DNA from: Patescibacteria group bacterium
Lineage (GTDB): Bacteria > Patescibacteriota > Microgenomatia > 0-14-0-10-38-17
Direction: 5' to 3'
Assembly: GCA_050953885.1 (NCBI GenBank)
Contig: JBMNNJ010000001.1
Location: 463,437 to 527,436 of the forward strand
Length of the DNA: 64,000 bases
The notes under the pieces were generated by a model that made no database searches, was not told the DNA's origin, and saw nothing but the letters and a program-made list of their open reading frames with translations. Below, one piece after another: positions 40,882 through 50,946 of this stretch. Numbering within the stretch: position 1 is the stretch's first letter; every line of letters starts with the position of its first letter. The position numbers were made by a program, and so were the translations under genes.

Positions 40882-43131
40882 ATGGCGAGGGTTAAAAGAT
40901 GTTTAACCAAACTAACTAACTTTTTGGCCGCCATTGGCAAGCCCTTTTTTCATCTCCTCCTTTTTCTTCCTCTTATTATCGGTTTAATTTTCTCCTTTTT
41001 CTGGCGCATTTTCATTTTTACCATCAGTACTATATATAATAGTATAAGCACTCTCTTTGCTTCGGCTAAAAAATTATTTCTTTTTTTTTGCCAATACAAT
41101 ATACTGAAGAGGGTGAAAAAAACCCTTTTCTTAAAAATTTTTATTTATTTTGTTTTCCCTTTGGCTATCGCCATTTCTTTTTATTTTTTAATTTTAAAAG
41201 ATCTCCCCTCGCCCAACCAGCTAATCGCCCGTGATGTCCCCCAAACAACAAAAATTTATGACCGCCACGGTCAGTTGCTTTATCAAATTTATCACGACCA
41301 AAACCGCACTCTTGTTCCCCTTGAGAAAATCCCTGAAAACGTTAAAAACGCAACTATCGCTATTGAAGACGCCGATTTTTATCACCACCGGGGTATTTCC
41401 GTTAGCGGTCTGGCTCGGGCTCTTAAGCAACTCCTTCTTCGGGGTGAGCCCCTTCAGGGAGGATCAACGATCAGTCAGCAGTTGGTTAAAAACGCTCTTT
41501 TAACACCGGAAAAAACCCTAACCCGAAAAACACGGGAAATAATTCTGGCTTTCTTGGTGGAAAACCGGTTTTCTAAAGAAGAAATTCTCCAGATGTATTT
41601 AAATGAAATTAGCTATGGCGGCACCGCTTACGGCATTGAGGCCGCCAGTCAATTTTACTTTGGCAAGTCCTGCCGTGATTTAAGCCTGTCTGAAGCGGCT
41701 TTTCTCGCCGGTCTGCCCGCTTCTCCTACCACTTTTTCTCCCTTTGGCGCTTATCCGCAAATGGCCAAAATAAGACAGGCGGAGGTTTTGCGCCGAATGA
41801 GAGAAGAGGGTTTTATTAACGATGACCAATTTAAAAAGGCCAAAAGTGAAGAACTAAAACTTAACCTTCCCCGGGAAGAAATCCTCGCCCCTCATTTTGT
41901 GATGTTTGTCCGCGACGAATTAACCAAACTTTTTCCCCCGCGCTTAATTGAAGAAGGGGGCCTTCAGGTCAAAACCACCCTGGACTTGGAAATTCAAAAA
42001 AAAGCCGAAACAATTGTGGCCGAGGAAATTAAAAAAATCAAAGCCTACCAGGCTGAGAATGGCGCCGCTTTAGTTACCAACCCCAAAACCGGGGAGATTT
42101 TGGCGATGGTGGGCTCGCGCAATTATTTTGACCAAGAAATTGACGGCAATTATAATATCACCACCGCCTTGCGCCAGCCAGGATCGGCGATTAAGGTGGT
42201 TAACTATGCTCTGGCCTTACAAAACGGCTACACTTTAGCCACCATTATCCCCGACACCCCGGTTACCTACCAACTTGCCGGTTCCCCTCCCTATTCCCCC
42301 CAAAATTATGATGGCCGTTTTCATGGGCCGGTAACACTGCGCACCGCTTTGGCCTCCTCTTATAACATTCCCGCCGTTAAGGTGCTGGCGTCCCTTGGGC
42401 CAGAAAAGATGGCTCGGCTTGGCCGGGAAATGGGCATCACCACTTGGGATGATCCTTCCCGTTTTGGCCTTTCCCTTACCTTGGGCGGCGTCGAGGTTAA
42501 AATGACCGACTTAGCCGTTGTCTATGGCGTTTTGGCAAATTCGGGTAAAAAAACCCCCCTCCAAACAATTATAGAAGTAAGCGATAGCTCGGGCAAAATT
42601 TTATGGCACAACCCTTGCCTTGCCTTGCCCCAAGAAGCGTCTTCAAATTTTAACAAGAAAATTTCCTTTTCCTCCACCGTGGAAGCGCAAGAACCAGCCT
42701 GCCAAAATCAGGCAATTCCCGCCGGAGTCGCCTTCCTGCTCACTGATGTTCTTGCTGACAATTCGGCTCGTCAGCCGGCCTTTGGCGCTAATTCTCTTCT
42801 TTATATTCCGGGCCAAACGGTGGCCGTTAAAACCGGTACCAGTAATAATTTACGCGATAATTGGGCTATTGGTTATACCCATGATTTTTTAGTGGCCGCT
42901 TGGGTGGGCAACAATGATAACCAACCGATGAAAAAAATTGCCTCCGGCGTTACCGGCGCCACTCCCATTTGGCGCCAAATCACCGATTTTCTTTTGGAAA
43001 AATACCCCTCTTCCCCTTTCCTGCCGCCGCCGGGAGTAGTCAAGAAAAAAGTCTGCCAGCAAATTGATCGGGAAAAAAATATTTGTCTTAAAGAAAGGGA
43101 AGAATGGTTTCTGGAGGAAAGACACGAATAA
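40882..43131 (+). CDS. Class A penicillin-binding protein, paralog of 36992..39193
   Basis: The GT51 motifs are IAIEDADFYHHRG and GGSTISQQLVKN. The transpeptidase motifs are SAIK, SYN and KTGT. The ATG at 40882 is the probable start. Confidence 0.85.
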   Translation: MARVKRCLTKLTNFLAAIGKPFFHLLLFLPLIIGLIFSFFWRIFIFTISTIYNSISTLFASAKKLFLFFCQYNILKRVKKTLFLKIFIYFVFPLAIAISFYFLILKDLPSPNQLIARDVPQTTKIYDRHGQLLYQIYHDQNRTLVPLEKIPENVKNATIAIEDADFYHHRGISVSGLARALKQLLLRGEPLQGGSTISQQLVKNALLTPEKTLTRKTREIILAFLVENRFSKEEILQMYLNEISYGGTAYGIEAASQFYFGKSCRDLSLSEAAFLAGLPASPTTFSPFGAYPQMAKIRQAEVLRRMREEGFINDDQFKKAKSEELKLNLPREEILAPHFVMFVRDELTKLFPPRLIEEGGLQVKTTLDLEIQKKAETIVAEEIKKIKAYQAENGAALVTNPKTGEILAMVGSRNYFDQEIDGNYNITTALRQPGSAIKVVNYALALQNGYTLATIIPDTPVTYQLAGSPPYSPQNYDGRFHGPVTLRTALASSYNIPAVKVLASLGPEKMARLGREMGITTWDDPSRFGLSLTLGGVEVKMTDLAVVYGVLANSGKKTPLQTIIEVSDSSGKILWHNPCLALPQEASSNFNKKISFSSTVEAQEPACQNQAIPAGVAFLLTDVLADNSARQPAFGANSLLYIPGQTVAVKTGTSNNLRDNWAIGYTHDFLVAAWVGNNDNQPMKKIASGVTGATPIWRQITDFLLEKYPSSPFLPPPGVVKKKVCQQIDREKNICLKEREEWFLEERHE

Positions 43132-43224
43132 ACACGAACGGGAAACGAAAAAAAATTCAAAATTTAAAATTCAAAAGTCAAAAGTGCAAGTTAAAATTAA
43201 AAAGTAGTAAAGCAAAAAAACTTT

Positions 43225-43500
43225 TGTCCGCCGGCTGGCGGATTCGTCAGAACCTGTCCTGAATTTAATTCAGGAATGACAGCCACGATTAGCGTCATTC
43301 TGAACTTGATTCAGAATCAGTTAGATCCTGACTTTCGTCAGGATGACAATTACGGGAAGATTTTGTCCGCCAACTAGCGGACAGAAGTTAAAAGTTTTTT
43401 GTTCTACTTTTGAATTTTAACTTGTAATTTTAACTTTTGACTTTTGACTTTTAACTTTTAGTTATTCGATTCTGTCCGCCAGACGGATTGAGTTTTGCCA
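43225..43500. repeat. Type-3 composite element flanked by type-1 hairpins
   Basis: The modules are ccgccggctggcgg, attcgtcagaa, cctgaatttaattcagg, cgtcattctgaacttgattcagaatc, gatcctgactttcgtcaggatgac and ccgccaactagcgg. Confidence 0.8.
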
Positions 43501-43552
43501 TTTGCGTTTTGAGTTTTTTATTGCCCATTACGCAATTTAACCTGATACCACC

Positions 43553-44545
43553 TTACTCCTCCCCTTCCTCTCCACTTTCCAAAAGCGCTTTGGTCAAAAG
43601 TATAAATGCCTCCTGGGCTTCTTCCCGATTATTATTTTTACTCATTAAAACCAAAATAAAAGGTGGGTCTTGAAAAATAATTCCCGCGTCATGCAAAATC
43701 CCCTCATCAATCCCCACTTTATGAGCCACTTTTACTCCTGCCGGCAGGGCGGCGGGAATCTGCTCCTCGAAAATCGTCTCGGTAAGTAAATCTAAAATTT
43801 CCTCCCGATATTCTTCTTTTAAATCTCCTTCCCAAAGTTTTTGCCAGAATAAGGCGATATCTTCCGGCGTGGTTTGCCGCCGGGAAAAAGAGGTGTTTTC
43901 CATCCCCAACCTTCTTATCGTCGCCTCAATTGCTTCGGCCCCTAAAACTTTTTCTAAAATTGCCGCGGCGGTGTTGTCCGACTGTTTGCCACAAAGGCGA
44001 GCCAATTCCCGATAAGAATAAACCGCCCCCGCCGCATCTTGATAAAGACTGCCTGCCCCTCCTACCTTATCCTCCTCTTTAAGGGTATATTTTTCTTCCA
44101 AATTAATCTTTCCTTCTTGCGCCTGCTGATAAAGTGTATAAACAATGGGGAGTTTAATAAGAGAAGCGGCAGGAAATGATTCCTTTTCTCGAATGGAAAC
44201 TGCTTTTCCTGTCCTAAGATTTAAATAATAAACCCCGTAAACCCCCTGCCGACCGGCTAAAATTTTCTCAAGTTCCAAGGCTTTGCTTTCTTCAATCGGA
44301 GAAGGAGAAGGAGAAGGGCTAAAAGCCGGACTGGAGCGAAAAACTGCCGGTTGGGTAATTTCCTCTATTTTTGGCGACGCTTGTTTTCCCAAATAAATTA
44401 AAAAGGAAAGTCCGGTGGTTAAAAGAAACAGGACGAAAATTATTCTTCGTCTTTTGCCTTCCCCTTCTTCTTTTTCCTCTTCAAAACTTATTCTCCCGGA
44501 ATTTCTTTCTTCATCTTCACTTAATTCTTTGGTTTTACGGATCAT
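43553..44545 (-). CDS. Class A beta-lactamase-like serine hydrolase
   Basis: The motifs are SxxK (ASLIK), SDN and KVG(IDEG) in the correct order. There is an N-terminal TM anchor. Confidence 0.65.
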   Translation of the reverse strand: MIRKTKELSEDEERNSGRISFEEEKEEGEGKRRRIIFVLFLLTTGLSFLIYLGKQASPKIEEITQPAVFRSSPAFSPSPSPSPIEESKALELEKILAGRQGVYGVYYLNLRTGKAVSIREKESFPAASLIKLPIVYTLYQQAQEGKINLEEKYTLKEEDKVGGAGSLYQDAAGAVYSYRELARLCGKQSDNTAAAILEKVLGAEAIEATIRRLGMENTSFSRRQTTPEDIALFWQKLWEGDLKEEYREEILDLLTETIFEEQIPAALPAGVKVAHKVGIDEGILHDAGIIFQDPPFILVLMSKNNNREEAQEAFILLTKALLESGEEGEE

Positions 44546-44620
44546 TTTTCCGGGTTAATTTTTCTTAAAATACGACATCGTATTTTTCCTGCTTGCAGTC
44601 AGGAAGATTGTTCTCCTTTT

Positions 44621-45547
44621 TTAAACGTTTTCCGCTAACTTTAAAAGCTGTTTCTTGGTGGGCAAGCCGGTTTTTGCTCCCAACTTACTCACTGCCAAGC
44701 CACTGGTAATCATCGCCAAACGAAGGCTTTCTTTTAAATTCTTTCCCCAAGAAAGACCGGCAATTAAACCAACCGAAAAAGCGTCTCCGGCGCCAGTGGC
44801 GTCAACGGTTTTAGTTTTAAAAATCGTCTCCTCAATTAACCTGCCCTCGGCAGCAAGACAAGCACCCTTTTTCCCCAAAGTAACCACGGTTATTTTTGCC
44901 GGGGAACATTTTATCACCCGACGCCAATTTCTCCCCCAAAAAGCACTTGCCTCCTCTTCGTTCACAATTAAAACCGCCAAAAGGGGCAAGAGGGCTTTCA
45001 GTCTTCTTTTCTCTTTAAGTTCGCGACTACCGGGATTTAAGGCAATCTTGCTTCCCCTTTCTTTTGCCCAGAAAATAATTTTTTCAAGCAAGGAAATATT
45101 ACCCTCCAGAGAAGAAAGATAAACCCAGTGGCTGGGGGGCAACTTGGAAAAAGGGAAAATCTTTTTTTCCAAGCGACTTTGACCACGGGCAACCAAAATA
45201 ACCCGCTCGCCGTTATCGCCAACTAAAATGGTTGAATAATCGGTTTTATCGCCTTTAATCTGAAGCAAAAATCGCTGATCAAACTTTTCCGCCCCTAATT
45301 CTTTGGCCACCCACTGACCGAGAAGATCGTCGCCAAAACGAGCCACCGCCGCCGTTTTTAAACCCAAACGGGAAAAGCCCACCGCCGTATTAGTGGCGCC
45401 TCCGCCGCTTTGAAAAAAAACTTCTTCCACTTCCACTTTACCACCCTCAAGAACCAGCTTCTCCCTACCTCTTTTGCCAATTTTAAAGCCCGAGGAACGT
45501 AAAAAAACATCCAAAGTAGCCGAACCAACGGTGATAATATCGAGCAT
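44621..45547 (-). CDS. PfkB family carbohydrate kinase
   Basis: It has a GG motif near the N-terminus and the C-terminal motif DATGAGDAF. Confidence 0.8.
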   Translation of the reverse strand: MLDIITVGSATLDVFLRSSGFKIGKRGREKLVLEGGKVEVEEVFFQSGGGATNTAVGFSRLGLKTAAVARFGDDLLGQWVAKELGAEKFDQRFLLQIKGDKTDYSTILVGDNGERVILVARGQSRLEKKIFPFSKLPPSHWVYLSSLEGNISLLEKIIFWAKERGSKIALNPGSRELKEKRRLKALLPLLAVLIVNEEEASAFWGRNWRRVIKCSPAKITVVTLGKKGACLAAEGRLIEETIFKTKTVDATGAGDAFSVGLIAGLSWGKNLKESLRLAMITSGLAVSKLGAKTGLPTKKQLLKLAENV

Positions 45548-45589
45548 TAGTCTAAAGTTGAAATATTATTAATAAATTGTTTAATTGCT

Positions 45590-45765
45590 TAGAAAACTCA
45601 AATCTCAAAACGCAAAACTCAAATCTACAACGCAAAACTCAAAACTTGAAAAACAAAAACAGAATTACACTTTAGAAATGCAAATATTAAGCCCTAAGGT
45701 TTTTTAGTTTTAAGTTTTAACATGTAGTTTTAACATTTGAGATTTGAGATTTGAGATTTTTTATA
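45590..45765. repeat. Type-2 word hairpin (long-loop variant)
   Basis: See 35425-35640. Confidence 0.7.
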
Positions 45766-45790
45766 CTTAATCATCATCCTTAACTCCCTA

Positions 45791-46549
45791 TTATTTCGGC
45801 CATATTATTTTCGCTACTTTCTCTGCCATCAGGAGAGGATTCTCGGCCTGCCAAATGTTGCGCCCTACCACCACACCACAGGCTCCTGCCGCCAAAACAT
45901 CTTTCACCATTTTCAAAAAATCCCCCTCCGCTGTCTTCGGCCCTCCCTGAACCACCACCTTCACCTTTCCCGCCGCCTTAACCACCCAGGAAAAACTTTC
46001 CCGGTCACCCGTGTAGGGAATTTTCACCATCTCCGCCCCCAGTTCTAAAGCCACCCGCGCCGCATAAGACAAAACTTCGCTACTAAATTCCCTGCCTTTG
46101 ACCGCCTCTCCGCGGGGGTACATCCAGCCAATTAAAGGAAGCCCACGCCGGTCTGCTTCCTCCTCCACTTGAGAAAATTCTTTCATCATCTGACTTTCGT
46201 ATTTACTCCCTATATATATAGTATAGCCAAGGGCCACCGCCCCCAACGATACTGCCTCATCAACCGAGCAAAGAAGCGGCGAATATGGTTCCGGATCGAC
46301 CGTTAAACTTGTTTTTCCGTTAAGCTTAATAATTAAAGGAACACGATTTATTCCGGGACGATAATATTTTTCCGCCACCCCTTTTTGGAAAACCACCCCG
46401 GTAAAAAACCCCTTCTCGGCCAGCTCCAAAATTTTTTTCGGATCAACCGATTGCTGGTTAAAATCAGCCGTGCCATGCTCCATGCCATGATCATAAGCCA
46501 AAAGAAGCGCCCGGCCGTTTTTGGTAATTTTTGACAAAGACGACATCAT
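45791..46549 (-). CDS. Class I fructose-bisphosphate aldolase (DhnA/FbaB type)
   Basis: It matches LLLAYDHGMEHG...Schiff-base Lys in a VKIPY context...VVQGGPK. The start is moved to the ATG at 46549, because the longer ORF overlaps the type-4 repeat. Confidence 0.6.
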   Translation of the reverse strand: MMSSLSKITKNGRALLLAYDHGMEHGTADFNQQSVDPKKILELAEKGFFTGVVFQKGVAEKYYRPGINRVPLIIKLNGKTSLTVDPEPYSPLLCSVDEAVSLGAVALGYTIYIGSKYESQMMKEFSQVEEEADRRGLPLIGWMYPRGEAVKGREFSSEVLSYAARVALELGAEMVKIPYTGDRESFSWVVKAAGKVKVVVQGGPKTAEGDFLKMVKDVLAAGACGVVVGRNIWQAENPLLMAEKVAKIIWPK

Positions 46550-46616
46550 CCGTTTTTTAATTTTAATAACTAGGCCACAACGATAAAAAGTCAAAACGCA
46601 AATGGCAAATACAATT

Positions 46617-46697
46617 CTGTAGGGGTGGACCCATGTGTCCACCCGTCAAAGGGTCGTCCCTACCTTATTTAAAACCATTAGTCGGGTCGACCCCTAA
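46617..46697. repeat. Type-4 element, copy 4. This truncated variant lacks one arm of the second hairpin.
   Basis: The sequence is ctgtaggggTggacccatgtgtccAcccgtcaaagggtcgtCCCTACCTtatttaaaaccattagtcgggtcgacccctaa. The capitalised T and A form a compensatory pair in the first stem. Confidence 0.75.
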
Positions 46698-46850
46698 TTT
46701 TAATTTATAATTTTCAATTTTTATTGAATTTTAAATTTCCAATTTCTTAATTTCAGCCTCGCCATGGCGGGGCGAATTTCTAATTTCTAACTTCTATTAC
46801 CATTCACCATTTTCCAACAACCAGTTTCCATCTCTTGCTATATATTTTAA

Positions 46851-47780
46851 TCATTTATCATTAGCTATTAACCTCTCCCCCTCTTCCCTAATTCTTTCCT
46901 CCGTTAGACCATATTTTTGATAAAGTTCTTCTGGGCTCCTCGCCGATTCGCCAAAAACATCAGGAATCCCCATTAATTTCATAGGCACGGGACATTCTTG
47001 GCTTAAAAGCTCGGCCGCCGCCGCTCCCAAACCGCCAAGAAAAGAATGTTCTTCCAGAACCAAAACCCGCCCCGTTCTTTTAACCGACGTGATAATCGTT
47101 TCCTTATCCAGCGGTTTAACGGTAGCGCAATTAATTACTTCCGCGCCCAAAACATCAGCCACCGCTATGGCTTTTGCCAAAATTGGCCCGGTTCCCAAAA
47201 TGGTTAATTTTTCTCCCGGGCAAAGAATCGTGGCCTGACCAATTTTAAATTCTTTACCCTTTTGGGTCAATAGCGGTGTTTTGCTTCTGCTCAAGCGCAG
47301 GTAAACCGGCCCCTCATAGGAAGCCATCGCAAAAACCGCTTCCTTTGCCTCGTTGGCATCAGCCGGGGATAAAACCACCATTCCCGGCAAAGAACGCATC
47401 AGGGCAATATCGGCCACACTTTGCGCCGAAGCGCCATCGCCGCCGTTGGAAAATCCCAAATGCGAGCCAATTAACTTCACGTTTGCTTTGTTTTGACAAA
47501 CCGCCACCCGAATTTGGTCAAAACAACGGCCGGGTAAAAAAACGGCAAAAGACGACAAAAAGGGGATAAATCCTTCTAAAGCCAAACCAGCCGCCACGGC
47601 AACCGCGTTTTGCTCGGCCACCCCCACGTTAAAAAACCGCTCCGGGAAAAAACGAGCAAATTTTTCTATTCTCGTTGAAGAGGCCAGGTCGGCAGTAAGG
47701 GCTAAAACCCGCTCATTTTTTTGCGCCAACTCCAAAAGAGCCTCGCCATAAGCATCGCGCTGTGATTTTAAAAAAACCAT
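46851..47780 (-). CDS. Transketolase, C-terminal subunit
   Basis: It contains a pyrimidine-binding domain and a C-terminal domain and is adjacent to the N-terminal subunit. Confidence 0.85.
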   Translation of the reverse strand: MVFLKSQRDAYGEALLELAQKNERVLALTADLASSTRIEKFARFFPERFFNVGVAEQNAVAVAAGLALEGFIPFLSSFAVFLPGRCFDQIRVAVCQNKANVKLIGSHLGFSNGGDGASAQSVADIALMRSLPGMVVLSPADANEAKEAVFAMASYEGPVYLRLSRSKTPLLTQKGKEFKIGQATILCPGEKLTILGTGPILAKAIAVADVLGAEVINCATVKPLDKETIITSVKRTGRVLVLEEHSFLGGLGAAAAELLSQECPVPMKLMGIPDVFGESARSPEELYQKYGLTEERIREEGERLIANDK

Positions 47781-47835
47781 ACTTAAAAAATTTCTAATAT
47801 TAGTCCTATAAGACCTATTGGACCTATTTTATTTT

Positions 47836-48669
47836 TCAACTTTTGCTCTCTTCGGCTAACTCACTCATTGCTTCTTCATATTCTTTTGGCGTCAGCGTGC
47901 AAGCATGATAGCGCTTTTTGCCCTCCATAAAAGAAACCCCCTTGCCGCGTACCGTTTGGGCAATAATCACGGTGGGCTGGCGATGATTTTCTTTAGCCTG
48001 ACAAATAGCCTGAATTAACTCCCGATAATCATGGCCGTTAACCACCAAGGCCTGCCAGCCAAAAGATTCGTATTTTTTGGCCAATGGTTCCAAAGCCAGC
48101 TGTTTTTCCGTTTTGCCGCCAATCTGCATGCCGTTGCGATCAACAATATTAATTAAATTCCCCAGCTGGTGGTGGGCGGCAAACATCACCGCCTCCCAAA
48201 GCGAACCCTCATCATGCTCACCATCAGAGGTAAGAGTAAAAACAAAATAATTCTCGTTTTTTAAGAAAGCGGCTAAAGCCATTCCCGCCGCCACCCCCAA
48301 ACCCTGCCCTAAAGAACCGGTGGAACATTCCACAAAAGGGGCATGCATCCGGCTGGGATGGCCCTGAAGTGGACTGTCAAGAGCGCGTAAATTCCCAAGC
48401 TCTTCTTTGGCAAAAAGACCGCAAGAGGATAAAACCGCGTAATAAGCCGGACAGACATGGCCGCAGGAAAGAAGAAAACGATCGCGGCGGGGATCGGTCG
48501 AGTCGTGGGAGTTAAAACGAAGGCAACCACTAAAAAAAAGGGCGGTCAGAATATCGGTTGAAGAAAGAGAGCCGCCGGGATGACCTGAACCAGCATGGTA
48601 AATCATTTCTATTACCTCGCGCCGCACCTCGCGGGCTTTCTTTGCTAACTGTTCTGGAGGAAGAGGCAT
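47836..48669 (-). CDS. Transketolase, N-terminal (TPP-binding) subunit
   Basis: The motif is GHPGGSLS...GSLGQGL...DGE. Confidence 0.85.
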   Translation of the reverse strand: MPLPPEQLAKKAREVRREVIEMIYHAGSGHPGGSLSSTDILTALFFSGCLRFNSHDSTDPRRDRFLLSCGHVCPAYYAVLSSCGLFAKEELGNLRALDSPLQGHPSRMHAPFVECSTGSLGQGLGVAAGMALAAFLKNENYFVFTLTSDGEHDEGSLWEAVMFAAHHQLGNLINIVDRNGMQIGGKTEKQLALEPLAKKYESFGWQALVVNGHDYRELIQAICQAKENHRQPTVIIAQTVRGKGVSFMEGKKRYHACTLTPKEYEEAMSELAEESKS

Positions 48670-48769
48670 AACTAATCTTTAGTATAGCACAAAACGTATT
48701 TTGTATTTAGCATTAAGACAAGAACCAACGCGGACGAGAAACGAAAGAAAATAATTCAAAATTCAAAAG

Positions 48770-49030
48770 TCAATCCGCCAGCTGGCGGATCAAAATTGCA
48801 AATACAATTCTTGTAGGGGCGGACCCATGTGTCCGCCCGTTAAAGGGTTCGTGCTGCTTATTTAAAACCATTAATCGGGTCGACACATGGGTCGACCCCT
48901 ACAAATTCCCTTGCGTTTTGCGATTTAACATTTGAGTTTATTTTTTGTTTTTGAACTTTGATTTAGGTTTTGATCTCTGATATTTGCACTTTGCACTTGC
49001 CTATTACGGATTACGAATTATTCAGCCCGC
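48770..49030. repeat. Long composite element (ccgccagctggcgg, type-4 copy 5, type-2 tail, type-5 words)
   Basis: Type-4 occupies 48810-48904 with the variable core GCTGCTTA. The arrangement is the same as at 22270-22450. Confidence 0.8.
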
Positions 49031-49072
49031 CACAATGAAACAAGGCAATAATGAAGCAATACTCTCTGTTTG

Positions 49073-49624
49073 TCATTTCTCTCTTCCTTGGGCAAAGCGC
49101 TTAATCGCCTCAGCGGCTCCCTCAGGCGTTTCCACAATTTCGTAAACCCGCATTTCCTCGGGGCGTAAGAGCATATTTTTTTTGAAGGCCTCAATGATTT
49201 CCTCCCAAAAACGGCCAAAAAGAACCATTGGCTTGTGGTTACCAAAATAAAGACGCGCCAAACCCCAGGCCATACCAAACTCGGAAATCGTCCCCGTGCC
49301 GCCGTTAAAAACCACATAAAAATTTCCCAATTCCAAAAGCTTTAAAGTCCGGCTCACATAATCCGGCGTTTCAATCAGCTTGTCAACCCGATTCTTGAGA
49401 TCGCGGCCTTCAAAGTTAGTCATTCCCACGGGATTAAAACAGATCCCAACTGCCTGACCGCCGCCGGCATGGGCTCCTTCGGTGGCCGCTCGCATCACTC
49501 CCGGCCCGGCGCCATTGATAATAGTAAATCCCGATTGCGCCAAAAGCCGGGCCGTTTCCTTAGCCTCCTGATAAAGCCTTTCGTCTGGTTTTGCCTCCGA
49601 ATAACCAAAAATAGAAACGGTCAT
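49073..49624 (-). CDS. LOG family protein (TIGR00730; cytokinin riboside 5'-monophosphate phosphoribohydrolase-like)
   Basis: The motifs are INGAGPGVM and GGTGTISEF. Confidence 0.7.
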   Translation of the reverse strand: MTVSIFGYSEAKPDERLYQEAKETARLLAQSGFTIINGAGPGVMRAATEGAHAGGGQAVGICFNPVGMTNFEGRDLKNRVDKLIETPDYVSRTLKLLELGNFYVVFNGGTGTISEFGMAWGLARLYFGNHKPMVLFGRFWEEIIEAFKKNMLLRPEEMRVYEIVETPEGAAEAIKRFAQGREK

Positions 49625-49846
49625 AAAAGTTAAAGAAATTGTTTATCTAAATTTAGCACGCTTTTCTCAAGCCAGATAGCAAAAACCCCACACAAAAAAA
49701 TGCAAAATTCAAAAATCAAAATGCAAAACCAAGCTCAAAAACCAAAACTTGAAAATATTTTTGAACTTTGCTCTAGGTTTTGATCTTTGATATTTACACT
49801 TTGCGCTTATTTTGGTAATGATTTGTTCTTTCGTTTCTCGTTCGTG

Positions 49847-50506
49847 TCAATTCGCGTTTTTTAACAATTCTTCCAGTCTTTTTATCTTCTCCCCCGGACT
49901 ATCTGCCTTCCAAATGCTATTCCCCACGCAAAAAACTTCTGCCCCAGCCTCAAGACAGGAGGGAATGGTTTTCGCGTTTAGGCCGCCGTCAACGGCAATT
50001 TGAAAATCCCAACCCTCTTTTTGCCGCCAAGAGGAAAGCTCGCGGATTTTAGAAAGGCAAGAGGGGGAAAATTTTTGCCCTCCTCTCCCGGCCCTAACCG
50101 CCAGCACTAAAACTTGATCGCAAAGGTCCAAGGCCTGTAATTTTAAACTCTCCACCGGCGTTTCAAGATTAATAGCCAAGCCCGCCTGATAACCTTCTTC
50201 TTTAGCCCGACGGACAAATTCTAACTGGCTGGTCATCATCTCAATTTGGCCAATCACCAAACCCGTGGGCTCCGGCAAATCTTTATCAAGATAAACCACC
50301 GGGTCAGCCGTCATTAAATGCCAATCCAAAAAAAGACTCTCCTCAGAACTAACCACGCCCATTAAATCCTCCGGACTAATTGTTTGCGGCAAGGCAAACC
50401 ATTGCTGAATAATATCAATCTGAACCCGAGAAGCTTTTCCTTTTAAAAAAGAAATCTTTTCTTTAGCCTCATTAGGGTCATTGGTTAAAATCGTGGGAAC
50501 AATCAC
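49847..50506 (-). CDS. rpe: Ribulose-phosphate 3-epimerase
   Basis: The motifs are DWHLM, GLAINLETP, RGGQKF and VDGGL...AGAEVFCVGNSIW. Confidence 0.75.
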   Translation of the reverse strand: MIVPTILTNDPNEAKEKISFLKGKASRVQIDIIQQWFALPQTISPEDLMGVVSSEESLFLDWHLMTADPVVYLDKDLPEPTGLVIGQIEMMTSQLEFVRRAKEEGYQAGLAINLETPVESLKLQALDLCDQVLVLAVRAGRGGQKFSPSCLSKIRELSSWRQKEGWDFQIAVDGGLNAKTIPSCLEAGAEVFCVGNSIWKADSPGEKIKRLEELLKNAN

Positions 50507-50750
50507 ACTTTAGATGATACAAAGATACAAAGAAACACGATAATATAAAGTCAAAAGTTAAAAATCAGTAATTCGTAATATGCAACAAAAAAGCGCAAAA
50601 AGCAAAGTGCAAAGATTAGAACCTAAATCAAAATTCAAAGATATTTTTAATTCTTGGCTTTGGTCTTTGAGCTTGGTTTTGCATTTTACTCTTTACACTT
50701 TAATCTTGTTTTCTCACGAGTTACTAACTTTTTACATTTTACATTACATT

Positions 50751-50888
50751 CAATCCGCCAGCTGGCGGACAGAATCATCCCCGTAGCTGTCATCCTGACG
50801 AAAGTCAGGATCTGGCTGATTCTGAATCAAGTTCAGAATGACGCTAATCGTGGCCGTCATTCTGACGAATCCGCCAGCTGGCGGATTG
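50751..50888. repeat. Type-3 composite element bounded by ccgccagctggcgg at both ends
   Basis: The order is ccgccagctggcggacag, then catccccgtagctgtcat, gacgaaagtcaggatc, ctgaatcaagttcag and cgtcattctgacgaat, ending in ccgccagctggcgg. Confidence 0.8.
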
Positions 50889-50946
50889 ACTTTTGACTTG
50901 CAATTTTGACTTTTGACTTTTGCATTTTGAATTATTTTCTTGTTTC

